Positions 15,200 to 24,373 of a stretch of DNA of 59,799 nt are shown here, in pieces. A program made the translations under genes and the position numbers. How positions within the stretch are numbered: position 1 is the first letter of the stretch; every line of letters begins with the position of its first letter. The stretch comes from a virus (Duplodnaviria; Caudoviricetes), in the IMG/VR virus record IMGVR_UViG_3300025694_000005, positions 1 to 59,799 of that record; one strand, given 5' to 3'. The notes beneath the pieces were generated by a model. It was given only the letters and a program-made list of their open reading frames with translations. It was not told the DNA's origin and did not search any database.

Positions 15200-15825
15200 G
15201 AGTCTCCCCAGACGTCTCCACCGTTTTGGCAGAGAATCTCTTTGCAGGCTACTGCAATTTCTGAACACTCTTTTTGAGTGCCGTTCCCACCTCGTAGGTC
15301 GCAGAAGTGCATCCACGAACGAAGTGTACCAGTCATATATAATCGAGAATGAGTGTTACCCTCGGGCAATACTGCCCTCGCCTGTTCTTTTGCAATACCC
15401 ATACTTATAGCCCATTTGTAGGCTTCAGTAGAGACATCGATTACTTCTCTCTGTTTAGCGTGCCAAGCAATTTCCAGCCCATCATTATCCGCAGGAATAC
15501 TATTCTGTCGGTTACGCGGGTCTTGCAGCCTAGCCTCTCTAGTAGAGAAATCTAATGCTTGAGTAGGGTCTGCATAGCGTTGACTAAATTCCTGAAAACT
15601 AAAAGAGCGATGCCGCAGAATCTGGCGAGCAATGTCTCTCGTAGTCTCGATTTCAATGCAAGCACTTGCCATTTCGAATGGGCTGAAGTGTGCTTCTTTT
15701 TTAAGGTACTTCAACAACTTCGGTGCTGTTCTCTCGTTGTCTTGATTTGCAGGATTACTAACTCTCGCACAATAGGCGATGACTTTCATGGCTTCGGGGG
15801 TAATCCAAACTAGGTTTACTTTCAT
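15196..15825 (-). CDS. thyX: flavin-dependent thymidylate synthase
   Basis: HFSPFE, RQILRHRSFSFQEFSQRY and EQARAVLP. Confidence 0.96.
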   Translation of the reverse strand: MKVNLVWITPEAMKVIAYCARVSNPANQDNERTAPKLLKYLKKEAHFSPFEMASACIEIETTRDIARQILRHRSFSFQEFSQRYADPTQALDFSTREARLQDPRNRQNSIPADNDGLEIAWHAKQREVIDVSTEAYKWAISMGIAKEQARAVLPEGNTHSRLYMTGTLRSWMHFCDLRGGNGTQKECSEIAVACKEILCQNGGDVWGDS

Positions 15826-15849
15826 ACAATCTCCTCTGATTAAGTGTAT

Positions 15850-15878
15850 ATTATACGATGTTAAGGCTTTTATGTCAA
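15850..15878 (-). promoter_or_regulatory. sigma70 promoter (leftward member of a divergent pair)
   Basis: TTGACA-N17-TATAAT. Confidence 0.9.
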
Positions 15879-15916
15879 GAATTATTTAGCCGATGGTAGT
15901 TGAGCAAAAAAGTTTC

Positions 15917-15945
15917 TTGACACAATTTGGTGTAGGTGATATAAT
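15917..15945 (+). promoter_or_regulatory. sigma70 promoter (rightward member of a divergent pair)
   Basis: TTGACA-N17-TATAAT. Confidence 0.9.
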
Positions 15946-16057
15946 ATACCCTGAAATTGATACCAGTCTAACTGTGTCTTTTTCAAAATCCGTAAATTAA
16001 AACGATTGTTACGCTTCCGAAAGGGGCAAGTTCATCTTTCTTAAAAGGAGAAAACTT

Positions 16058-16447
16058 ATGAATGCAGTAAATCTAGAAAAATTCTTTGTCGGTTTCGACA
16101 ATTTAGTTAACAGCCCATTGTATACTCAACAGGCGCCAGAATATCCTCGTTATAACATTGAAAAAGTAGAACACGGCTACGTAGTTCAAGTAGCTGTTCC
16201 GGGATGGAACAAAAACCAAATTTCAGTGAACGTTCACAAAAATATTCTTACCATTAAGGGTGAGAAAAAAGAAAATAACGATGGTAGAAGCTGGGTGCAC
16301 AAAGGTATATCAGGAAAAAGTTTCGAGAAACATCTAAAGCTTGACAACACCTTAGAGGTCTCTTCTGCTTCCATGGAAAATGGTATGTTAACAATAGAGT
16401 TATCGTATTCGCCCTCTAGTAAGCCCACGTCAATACCTATTGGGTAA
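16058..16447 (+). CDS. small heat shock protein Hsp20 (IbpA-like)
   Basis: YPRYNI, AVPGW, HKGIS and ASMENGMLTI. Confidence 0.93.
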   Translation: MNAVNLEKFFVGFDNLVNSPLYTQQAPEYPRYNIEKVEHGYVVQVAVPGWNKNQISVNVHKNILTIKGEKKENNDGRSWVHKGISGKSFEKHLKLDNTLEVSSASMENGMLTIELSYSPSSKPTSIPIG

Positions 16448-16459
16448 ATTGGAGATTCA

Positions 16460-16570
16460 ATGAAGAACTTCGTAAATGAAAAGTGGGATGTACTAGGGGC
16501 AGTAATGCAACTTGGTTTGGTACTATGTACCCCTGTTGTCTTTGCAGCTCTTAGCTATATCTCAGCTTAA
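16460..16570 (+). CDS. small membrane peptide (36 aa)
   Basis: MKNFVNEKWDVLGAVMQLGLVLCTPVVFAALSYISA; GGAG RBS. Confidence 0.6.
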   Translation: MKNFVNEKWDVLGAVMQLGLVLCTPVVFAALSYISA

Positions 16571-16578
16571 AGCGGGAG

Positions 16579-16602
16579 GGGGTCTTTCGAGACCCCTTTT
16601 TT
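16579..16602 (+). terminator. intrinsic terminator
   Basis: GGGGTCT-TTCG-AGACCCC-TTTTTT. Confidence 0.9.
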
Positions 16603-16605
16603 ATT

Positions 16606-17205
16606 ATGATTCAACAACAATACAAAAATAAGAAAGCCATTTTAATAGCTACAGGACCTTCTCTTACTGAAGAGGTTATTGAAACTATTCGTCCCTATAA
16701 AGATGATTTTGTTATTTTTGGCTGCAATGATAGCTACAAAGTAGTAGACTTTTTAGATTTTCATTATGCCTGCGATAATAAGTGGTGGGGGTTTCACTAT
16801 GATACTTTTAAAGAAAAGTACCCTCATCTACAGGCTTGGACTCAAGCAAAGGAATATCAAGATAAACTTACCATAATAAAAGGAAAGTCAGCTAAAGGAT
16901 TGAGTTTAGACCCTTCTTTAATTCATTGGGGAAGTAACTCTGGCTATCAACTATTAAATATAGCATTTCTAATGGGTTGTAGTAAGTTTATTTTAGTTGG
17001 GTATAATATGCGAGCAATAAAAGGTAAAAAACATTACTTTGGAGAACACCCCCCAGGATTAAGTAAAAATAGTCCCTACAATAAGTTTGTTACAGCCTTT
17101 AATACAATACAACCAGAAATAAAAGAATTAATAATAAATTGTACACCCAACAGTGCTCTAACAATGTTTAAACAGAAAGATTTAAGGGAAGTTCTGTGCG
17201 AGTAG
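16606..17205 (+). CDS. MAF_flag10/MptE-like (Cst-fold) glycosyltransferase-like protein
   Basis: IATGPSL, FGCND and NSGYQLLNIAFLMGC..ILVGYNM. Confidence 0.7.
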   Translation: MIQQQYKNKKAILIATGPSLTEEVIETIRPYKDDFVIFGCNDSYKVVDFLDFHYACDNKWWGFHYDTFKEKYPHLQAWTQAKEYQDKLTIIKGKSAKGLSLDPSLIHWGSNSGYQLLNIAFLMGCSKFILVGYNMRAIKGKKHYFGEHPPGLSKNSPYNKFVTAFNTIQPEIKELIINCTPNSALTMFKQKDLREVLCE

Positions 17206-17903
17206 CTATTTATAATGATGCTTTTCTCCCTGCTAGCCCTCATTTTGGCTGCGAGCTTGTGATGAAAACATTCAAAGAACAGTTAGATAGAGTGGGTATA
17301 GAGCTAGTTGGTACGGTTAAAGTAAACGATAAAAATCCTCATAGCAAGACCCTAGAAAAAGCTGATTTGGTGATTGTAAATGGAGAGGGCTCCTTTCACC
17401 ACAATAGAAGAAATGACTTGGCTGAGGTATCTCATTACTTTCCTAGTATACTTATAAATACTGTTTTTGAAGATAACTCGGTCGATCTTACTAAATTCAA
17501 ATACATATCCGCTAGAGAAACTATTAGCGCAAAAAATTTAAACTGCGATATTATTCCGGATATAATAGTCACATCTAATATATTAGAAACTATAAAACAG
17601 AAACGAGTAATACAAGGAAAAGGAGTAGGAAATATTAGACATCATTCTGGAATAAAAACTCTACAGATATTGGATAAATTTCTTCCTGAATTATGCCAAT
17701 ACTCTTCAGTAACTTCGGAAAGCTTTCATGGAATACTAGTATCCTACATATTAGGAATACCTTGCACCAATATTTTGCCTGGGTCAGGAGTCTTGTGGAA
17801 GACAAGCTCTGTAGCTAAAGACATTGAAATGAACGAAAACTATTTAGAAACTGGCAGGCATAAAGTCAATGCTCTATTTGAAAATTTACACTCATTTACC
17901 TAA
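17196..17903 (+). CDS. polysaccharide pyruvyltransferase-like protein
   Basis: HFGC, VIVNGEGSFHH, ARETIS and SFHG. Confidence 0.7.
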   Translation: MRVAIYNDAFLPASPHFGCELVMKTFKEQLDRVGIELVGTVKVNDKNPHSKTLEKADLVIVNGEGSFHHNRRNDLAEVSHYFPSILINTVFEDNSVDLTKFKYISARETISAKNLNCDIIPDIIVTSNILETIKQKRVIQGKGVGNIRHHSGIKTLQILDKFLPELCQYSSVTSESFHGILVSYILGIPCTNILPGSGVLWKTSSVAKDIEMNENYLETGRHKVNALFENLHSFT

Positions 17904-17918
17904 AAAGGGACGTATTAA

Positions 17919-18578
17919 GTGGAAACAATAAATATATTTGTAGGTACCTCGGTGGACGACGAAGATAGGGAGGCAGAAATAACCTTAGAGTATTCTTTGC
18001 GTAAGTACTCCTCTTCCCCTATAAAAATACACTATCTTAAAAATAAGGAAGAGGGTATAATGGGAGAATTTGATTCTTCTCAGTGGGCTACTCCTTTTGC
18101 GGGTATGAGATGGGCTATACCAGAGTACTGTAATTTTAAAAGCAGAGCTATTTATATGGATGTTGATCAACTAAATCTGAGAGACATAACAGAATTGTAC
18201 ACTTTAGACCTGAATAATAAACCCTTTCTTTCTAGAAAAGCTAGAAGCTGTGTTATTTTATTTGATTGTGCCGCCTGCGAGAATATTTTTGCTCCTATAA
18301 GCGAGCAAAAACAACAACCTAGCTATCATAGAACTAACTATGATAAGTTCGATATACAAAGGGGGGACTTAGATACCCGATGGAATGCTCTTGACAACGT
18401 AGATTTTGTATACAGTAATAATATTTTGCTAGAAGATGCTTGGCACATTCATTTTACGGAAGTTAAGTGGCAGCCTTGGAAGCCCTCCTGGTTTGACGAA
18501 CCTTTTGAAGATCACCCTAGACAAGACTTAGTAGAGTTATGGAAAAAACATAGAGAAGAGGCTTTTTCAATATTATGA
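17919..18578 (+). CDS. GT-A glycosyltransferase (GT8-like)
   Basis: WATPF..RWAIP, AIYMDVD, RWNALD and HFT...QPW. Confidence 0.8.
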   Translation: METINIFVGTSVDDEDREAEITLEYSLRKYSSSPIKIHYLKNKEEGIMGEFDSSQWATPFAGMRWAIPEYCNFKSRAIYMDVDQLNLRDITELYTLDLNNKPFLSRKARSCVILFDCAACENIFAPISEQKQQPSYHRTNYDKFDIQRGDLDTRWNALDNVDFVYSNNILLEDAWHIHFTEVKWQPWKPSWFDEPFEDHPRQDLVELWKKHREEAFSIL

Positions 18579-19195
18579 TAGATATAAGGTATAGAAATAA
18601 ACCTGCGGTAATAATTGCTACAGGACCGTCACTAACAGATGAAACTGTAGAAATTATTTCAAAGTATAAGAACTCCCATGTTTTTTTCGGGTGTAACGAT
18701 GCTTATAGAAAAGTTAATTTTTTAAATGAACATTACGCGTTAGATCATGCTTGGTGGGACTACCACGGAAATTCCGTGAAGGATATTTATAAGGGAGTGT
18801 CCTGGTGTGGGTGGCGAGATATATGTGATGATTTAAACTTACAGTATATACACGGTAGAGATAGAGAAGGACTAAGTTTAGACCCTAGGAGCATACATTG
18901 GGGGGATAACTCCGGATTTCAAGTTTTAAATTTAGCTGTTTTAATGGGTTGTTCAGAGTTTATTATGGTTGGGTTTAATATGGGTGTAAAAGAAGGGGAG
19001 AAAAAACACTTTTTTGGGGACCACCCTGAGCAATGTTTGCAAGCGAGTCCTTGGGATAGTTTTAAGAAGAGTTTCCAATATGTAGCCGATGTACAGCCAG
19101 AAATAGCTGCTAGAATAGTTAATTGTACGCCCAATACTGCTTTAGAATGTTTCAGAATTGGAGACTTGGAGACAGAGATGATAAAAACAGCATGA
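18575..19195 (+). CDS. second MAF_flag10/MptE-like protein, paralog of 16606
   Basis: IATGPSLT, FGCND, GLSLDP.SIHWG.NSG and INCTPN-like motifs shared. Confidence 0.7.
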   Translation: MIDIRYRNKPAVIIATGPSLTDETVEIISKYKNSHVFFGCNDAYRKVNFLNEHYALDHAWWDYHGNSVKDIYKGVSWCGWRDICDDLNLQYIHGRDREGLSLDPRSIHWGDNSGFQVLNLAVLMGCSEFIMVGFNMGVKEGEKKHFFGDHPEQCLQASPWDSFKKSFQYVADVQPEIAARIVNCTPNTALECFRIGDLETEMIKTA

Positions 19196-19860
19196 TAAAC
19201 CATAATTTTAAAATACTAAAAAAGTGCAAAGAGCCTTTTAACTACGTTATTATGGAAAATTTCTTAAGCATACCTATAGCTAAATTAATTTATAAACAGA
19301 TTAATTCTTTTTACTGTGGTAATAATTTTAGGGCCGTACCAGACACAACCCAGCAAGGAGTCCTTGCTTCTCCACAAAAATATTATGTAAGAAATTACTC
19401 AGAGTTACCTTATAATCCTTTGTTTAATACTTTAAACTATTTTTCAAGCCTAGAAAATTTGAATATTTTAAACTCTATAATTCCTTTAGGAAATATAGTA
19501 CCAGACCCTACCATGGAAGGAGGGGGGGTTCATATCACAAAGAAAGGAGGTTATTTAAACTTACACACAGATTTTAAACAATCTGCTTCCTTAAATAAAG
19601 GACTAACTAGAGTATCTAATTTATTGATTTATCTAACCCCTGATTGGAACGATCCAGGCGGAGATTTACTACTCAAAGAAGGTACAAAAACTATAGAGAG
19701 AATTTCTCCGGAGTTTAATAAGGCAGTATACTTTGAAACAAATAGTATTTCAATTCATGGACATCCCGAACCTATTGAAAATGACTTGGATAGAATCAGT
19801 TTGGCTTTCTATTATTATAAAATAGAGCCGAGCAAGCCACGTAGCGTAACTTGGTACTAA
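19192..19860 (+). CDS. 2OG-Fe(II) oxygenase
   Basis: GGYLNLHTDF...GGDL...HGHP...RISLA (HxD..H..R). Confidence 0.85.
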   Translation: MINHNFKILKKCKEPFNYVIMENFLSIPIAKLIYKQINSFYCGNNFRAVPDTTQQGVLASPQKYYVRNYSELPYNPLFNTLNYFSSLENLNILNSIIPLGNIVPDPTMEGGGVHITKKGGYLNLHTDFKQSASLNKGLTRVSNLLIYLTPDWNDPGGDLLLKEGTKTIERISPEFNKAVYFETNSISIHGHPEPIENDLDRISLAFYYYKIEPSKPRSVTWY

Positions 19861-19912
19861 TATAAAGAAACAAATATGCGAGTAGCTATTTATAACGATA
19901 AGGAAAAAGTAA

Positions 19913-20047
19913 ATGAAACAAACTAACTTAAACTTCCCTAAAGACACTAACCAGCCACCCTATAATGGGCAGTTCTGGTGCCATATTCGGCAATCCTTTC
20001 AGGGTTGGACCGACCATATTAATTTTTATAAGGTTAAGAATCTGTGA
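19913..20047 (+). CDS. small hypothetical protein (44 aa)
   Basis: MKQTNLNFPKDTNQPPYNGQFWCH...; AGGA RBS; GTGA overlap with the glutaredoxin. Confidence 0.55.
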   Translation: MKQTNLNFPKDTNQPPYNGQFWCHIRQSFQGWTDHINFYKVKNL

Positions 20048-20268
20048 TAGAAATTTATGGAAAGATGGATTGCAACTATTGTGTAGAAGCACAGAACGTA
20101 TGTAAAAACCTTAAACTAGATTATAAATATTATCACTTGGACGATCATTATACTATTATGGAACTCTGGGCAAAGGTTAAATTTAAAACCTTTCCTCAGA
20201 TTTTTGTAGATGATGTATGTATCGGAGGGTTTGACGAACTAATGGAATACACGAATGGAATTGAATAA
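20044..20268 (+). CDS. glutaredoxin
   Basis: CNYC, TFPQIF and IGGFDEL. Confidence 0.92.
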   Translation: MIEIYGKMDCNYCVEAQNVCKNLKLDYKYYHLDDHYTIMELWAKVKFKTFPQIFVDDVCIGGFDELMEYTNGIE

Positions 20269-20506
20269 GTTGAAACAATTAGTAATTACTATGGAAGAAT
20301 GTGGTGAATTAATTCGTGCCTGCTCCAAAGTGTTGAGACACGGAACTGAAGAGGACCCTAAGTATCTACAAAATCTTACTGAAGAAATAGCAGATGTCAT
20401 CGCTATGACACGCATCCTTAGAACATCTTACCATATAGATAGTAGTACCTTAGAAGATTTAGTTCAGAAAAGACTGACAAAAATGAAGCGGCAGGATTAT
20501 GCGTAA
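20255..20506 (+). CDS. MazG-like NTP pyrophosphohydrolase
   Basis: MEECGEL...EEIADV. Confidence 0.8.
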   Translation: MELNKLKQLVITMEECGELIRACSKVLRHGTEEDPKYLQNLTEEIADVIAMTRILRTSYHIDSSTLEDLVQKRLTKMKRQDYA

Positions 20507-20660
20507 GCTAATAACAATCTGGAAGTTTGCAATTGGTTCTTTTAGCGACGACAAAACAGAGGGCTACGACAACTACGTTATGGCGTTTCGTAGCATTCTC
20601 GTTCTAGTAAACTTTGTTACCTGCTTCTTCATAATTGCTAATACACTGCGTCATTGGTAG
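20499..20660 (+). CDS. small membrane protein (53 aa), marine phage family
   Basis: IWKFAIGSFSDDKT...FFIIANTLRHW. Confidence 0.7.
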   Translation: MRKLITIWKFAIGSFSDDKTEGYDNYVMAFRSILVLVNFVTCFFIIANTLRHW

Positions 20661-20679
20661 TTGAGGGCAAAAATAAATC

Positions 20680-20708
20680 TTGACATTTTTTTCTTCTGCT
20701 GTTATAAT
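20680..20708 (+). promoter_or_regulatory. sigma70 promoter
   Basis: TTGACA-N17-TATAAT. Confidence 0.9.
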
Positions 20709-20734
20709 AATGGAAATTGTGAAAAGAGTGTGTT

Positions 20735-21337
20735 ATGAATTTATTTTATCTTGACGACGACCTCGACCGTTGTGCCGAGTTTCATGTCGACAAACACATT
20801 GTTAAAATGCCTTTAGAAGTAGCTCAGATATTGTGTACCTCAGTCTGGATTGACGAGTACCTTGGCTTTGTGCCTCGCGCACTTGACAAGAATGAACGAG
20901 ACTATCTTAACGGTCTCAAGGCAGAAATCAAACATCTTCCACCAGAGGAAAGACCTTTGACCCCCTATCTACCAATGATGTATAATCATCCTTGTACGAT
21001 ATGGGCTCGCTCCTCTCTCGACAATCACGAATGGACTCACTGCTACGGTAATGCTCTTAATGAGGAGTATCGTTACCGTTACGGAAAAGATCATAAGTCT
21101 ATAGCCCAAGTAGTAAATAACCTACCAGAACCTCAAAGAATGGAGCGTGTAGGTTTTACTACTTTCGGGTTAGCCATGCCAGAAGAACTAAAAGATTATG
21201 ACGACCCAGTAGAATCTTATCGACGCTACTATCACCTTGACAAAGCTACTTTTGCAAGCTGGAAGTATAGAGACAAGCCTTACTGGTGGGATGAAGATTT
21301 TGCAGATTATCAACAACGAATTACGAGGGTAGCATGA
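20735..21337 (+). CDS. pyrimidine dimer DNA glycosylase/endonuclease V-like protein
   Basis: MNLFYLD...DKHIVKMPLE.AQIL, NHPCTIW and AMPEE...YRRYY. Confidence 0.85.
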   Translation: MNLFYLDDDLDRCAEFHVDKHIVKMPLEVAQILCTSVWIDEYLGFVPRALDKNERDYLNGLKAEIKHLPPEERPLTPYLPMMYNHPCTIWARSSLDNHEWTHCYGNALNEEYRYRYGKDHKSIAQVVNNLPEPQRMERVGFTTFGLAMPEELKDYDDPVESYRRYYHLDKATFASWKYRDKPYWWDEDFADYQQRITRVA

Positions 21338-21981
21338 GAAGAGGTATTAAAAAACAAGAAGGAGAAAATCTAACTGATGCAAACATTAAAAAGGTTATAC
21401 GACTTTTGTCAGCGGAAAAGCCGATTACAAAAAAAGAAGCGTGTAGTATTCTTAATATTAGCTATAATACCAGTCGCCTTTCTAAAGTTATTGAAGATTA
21501 TGAGAGCGACCAAGAGTACCGAAGAACCCGAAAAGCACAGAAGCGTGGCAGACCCGCTGACAATGCTGAAATTGCAGAAATCGTAGAGTCTTACCTTACG
21601 GGAGAAAGCTTTACCGATATTGCTAGAAGAATATTTCGCTCTGTTGCTTTTGTCAAAACTATCGTTGAGAAACTGGGAGTCCCAGGAAGGGTCGCTGGTG
21701 ATGAACGATATGAAATGGAATACTTGCCCGATGAGTGTGTATCCGATAGCTTTGCTGTTGGAGAAGTTGCTTGGTCAGCCAAGTACCACACTTCGTGTGA
21801 AGTAATGGCAACTCTTGACGCCACACACGAACAAGGCTACGGCCCCTGTTATCGTGTGTGGATAAGAGAGGTTAGTAATGAGGACAATCTTGGGGGAGGC
21901 TATAATGCTTTTGTTCCCGCATATGACCTCGGTAAATTGGAGCATTTGAAAACTTATGGAATCAATACCGCTAGAGTTTAG
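21334..21981 (+). CDS. T5 D2-like protein
   Basis: TKKEAC, YLTGESF..IA....RSVAFVK and CYRVW resemble T5 D2; synteny. Confidence 0.8.
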   Translation: MRRGIKKQEGENLTDANIKKVIRLLSAEKPITKKEACSILNISYNTSRLSKVIEDYESDQEYRRTRKAQKRGRPADNAEIAEIVESYLTGESFTDIARRIFRSVAFVKTIVEKLGVPGRVAGDERYEMEYLPDECVSDSFAVGEVAWSAKYHTSCEVMATLDATHEQGYGPCYRVWIREVSNEDNLGGGYNAFVPAYDLGKLEHLKTYGINTARV

Positions 21982-22228
21982 TTATTATGCCATATTTTGT
22001 TTAACAACTGTCATCTGTATAATCTACCTCAATGTAAAAGCATTTCGAGAAGTAGGTTTCAGATGGAATTTTACGGGTGGTCTCATTTATTATGGAACCA
22101 CAATACCTATAGTATTAGTGGGTGCTCCCGCATTTTTCATTGTTTTTATCTTTAGAAGCGATGTTTACTACGAAAGTTTAATTAACTATATCACCGAAAT
22201 ATATGTTGACTCAGATGACGAAAGCTAG
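21956..22228 (+). CDS. two-TM membrane protein
   Basis: Two hydrophobic segments. Confidence 0.6.
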   Translation: MESIPLEFSYYAIFCLTTVICIIYLNVKAFREVGFRWNFTGGLIYYGTTIPIVLVGAPAFFIVFIFRSDVYYESLINYITEIYVDSDDES

Positions 22229-22234
22229 TATAAT
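22206..22234 (+). promoter_or_regulatory. sigma70 promoter
   Basis: TTGACT-N17-TATAAT. Confidence 0.8.
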
Positions 22235-22341
22235 ATGTTTTTGAAATTGAGGAAAGTATGGGATATAATTTTTACATGCGACAACTTGAAGCGACTGGCA
22301 ATGCTGCCGGTCTACCTTTTAAACCAAACAGGAGAAAGAAA

Positions 22342-22704
22342 ATGGCGTGGACTGACGAATCCAAGCAACAGGCAATTGATGCCTACACAAGTGAAGAACC
22401 AACTCCAGAGAACTCTATGGAGATTGTAAAAGCTATCGCAGAAGACATGGGTGAGAGCCCTAATGGTGTGCGAATGATTCTAACCAAAGCTGGAGTATAT
22501 GTAAAGAAAACTCCTGCTGCTTCTAGTGGCGGTGCTAAAGCCGCTTCAACTGGCGGAACTCGAATCAGCAAAGCTGCCGCACAGGAAGCACTCACAGCAG
22601 CTCTTAATGATGCTGGTGTAGCTATTGATGAGGATATTGTTTCAAAGCTCACTGGTAAAGCTGCACAATACTTCGCAGATGCTATGAATAAAGTAGCTTC
22701 TTAA
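22342..22704 (+). CDS. T5 D3-like DNA-binding protein
   Basis: MAWTDE...SMEIV..IA...SPNGVRMILTKAGVYVKK; AGGAG RBS. Confidence 0.85.
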   Translation: MAWTDESKQQAIDAYTSEEPTPENSMEIVKAIAEDMGESPNGVRMILTKAGVYVKKTPAASSGGAKAASTGGTRISKAAAQEALTAALNDAGVAIDEDIVSKLTGKAAQYFADAMNKVAS

Positions 22705-22824
22705 AAGTCCACACGGGGGTTGAGTATGCTTAGCCGCGTATTCACCCTCGTGAGGCAACCACTAATAGTCCAAAAATTACAAAGACAAAAGAGGTTTTGC
22801 TCAATGTAATACTGGAGCTAATTA

Positions 22825-23088
22825 GTGAAAAAAGAAGAGCTAAAGAAGAAAGTAAATAGTGCTGGAGATGCAATTATAACTTACAGGAGTCCCAACTCCC
22901 GTAAGACAAAGTACAATGTATGTACGATTGACTTCAGCACGCCTTACATTCAAGACAAGAAAAATAGAGCGAAAGAAGATGACGATACTGTCCTAATGTT
23001 TTGTTGGGACACGGATTCTTTTCGCCTTATGAAAGCTGACAATGTTACCTCAGTCGTTCCCTTATCCAACGTGTTAAGGAATGAATGA
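22825..23088 (+). CDS. conserved T5-like hypothetical protein
   Basis: YNVCTIDF and DSFRL...VTSVVPLS; syntenic after D3. Confidence 0.75.
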   Translation: MKKEELKKKVNSAGDAIITYRSPNSRKTKYNVCTIDFSTPYIQDKKNRAKEDDDTVLMFCWDTDSFRLMKADNVTSVVPLSNVLRNE

Positions 23089-23366
23089 TGGAAGCATACT
23101 CAAAAATTATCGTATCAGAACCTTATAGACAGGTTCGACTAACGGTGAATGAGTTCCGAGAAGAAGAATATCTTCATTTTCGGGAATACTATCTTGACTT
23201 TGAAGAAGAATGGAAGCCCTCTAATAAGGGTCTCTCTATTCCTCTTGAAGTTGAAACCTCAAAAGAATTGTTTATTGCTATGGCGGAGATACTATCTTTA
23301 GCCGAGAGTAAACAAGTATTGGAGGAACATTTCGGAGAAACTATTCGAGACCTATATCAAAAATAG
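23085..23366 (+). CDS. PC4/p15-like ssDNA-binding protein
   Basis: VRLTVNEFR..YLHFREYY....EWKPSNKGLS. Confidence 0.85.
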   Translation: MMEAYSKIIVSEPYRQVRLTVNEFREEEYLHFREYYLDFEEEWKPSNKGLSIPLEVETSKELFIAMAEILSLAESKQVLEEHFGETIRDLYQK

Positions 23367-23369
23367 TTC

Positions 23370-23398
23370 TTGACATTTTAACGAAATGGCCTCATAAT
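23370..23398 (+). promoter_or_regulatory. sigma70 promoter
   Basis: TTGACA-N17-CATAAT. Confidence 0.8.
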
Positions 23399-23422
23399 GT
23401 TCTTTTTAAATCAAAGGTATTT

Positions 23423-24373
23423 ATGACTAATATGTTTCTTGCCAAAGCAGCCAAGGCTTATTATGAGGGCAACCCCATAATTTCTGATGCTGAGTTTGAT
23501 GTTCTTGCCGCTGATGCTAACTATACTGACGTAGGATATTCTGACGAATTCTTCGAGTTCGATCACTTGTACCCTATGTACAGTTTACAGAAAGCATTTG
23601 TAGGTGAAGAACATCCTCCTTACGACCACGCTACTGGAGCAACAGTAATCACACCCAAGTTAGATGGAGCAGCGGTTTCGCTGGGCTACTACGATGGTGA
23701 ATTAGTGCTGGCTCTTACTCGGGGTAATGGTAAGAAGGGTAGAAATATTATGAATAAAGTTAAACATCTTGTTCCTACTAGCATTACTCGCAAGGGTGTT
23801 GTTCAGATTACAGGAGAAGTTGTTGCCCCCGAGACTATTCCTAACGCTAGAAACTATGCTTCTGGTGCGCTGAATCTCAAGTCCGAAGAAGAGTTTCTCA
23901 CTAGAGAAGTTCGATTCGTAGCTTATGATATTCAGCCTCGTGTGGAAAAGTTGTGGACGGAAGACATGTCGAATCTCTCTTCGGACAATTTCGACACTGT
24001 TCTTGCGTCTAACTGGGCAGGATACCCGCAGGATGGTCTAGTGTTCCGTGTTGATAACAATGCGAAATATGAAGAGATGGGTTACACCGCTCACCACCCT
24101 CGTGGTGCCTTTGCTTTGAAAGAAAGACCTCCAGGTGTCGTTACGCGACTACTTGATGTGATCTGGCAAGTGGGTAAATCCGGTGTGGTTTCCCCTGTTG
24201 CTATCCTAGAGCCTGTGCTCATTGGAGAAGCTACTGTTGGTCGTGCCACATTACATAATATGCGGTATATTAACGAGCTTAACCTTGAAATAGGTTGTAC
24301 TGTCGAAGTAATTCGATCCGGTGAAATTATACCAAGAGTCGTGAGACGCATAGAAGGGGAAGTAAATGTTTGA
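23423..24373 (+). CDS. ligA: NAD-dependent DNA ligase subunit A (adenylation and OB domains)
   Basis: YY..P.ISDAEFD, KLDG, TRGNG, DGLV and WQVGKSG...RATLHN. Confidence 0.93.
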   Translation: MTNMFLAKAAKAYYEGNPIISDAEFDVLAADANYTDVGYSDEFFEFDHLYPMYSLQKAFVGEEHPPYDHATGATVITPKLDGAAVSLGYYDGELVLALTRGNGKKGRNIMNKVKHLVPTSITRKGVVQITGEVVAPETIPNARNYASGALNLKSEEEFLTREVRFVAYDIQPRVEKLWTEDMSNLSSDNFDTVLASNWAGYPQDGLVFRVDNNAKYEEMGYTAHHPRGAFALKERPPGVVTRLLDVIWQVGKSGVVSPVAILEPVLIGEATVGRATLHNMRYINELNLEIGCTVEVIRSGEIIPRVVRRIEGEVNV

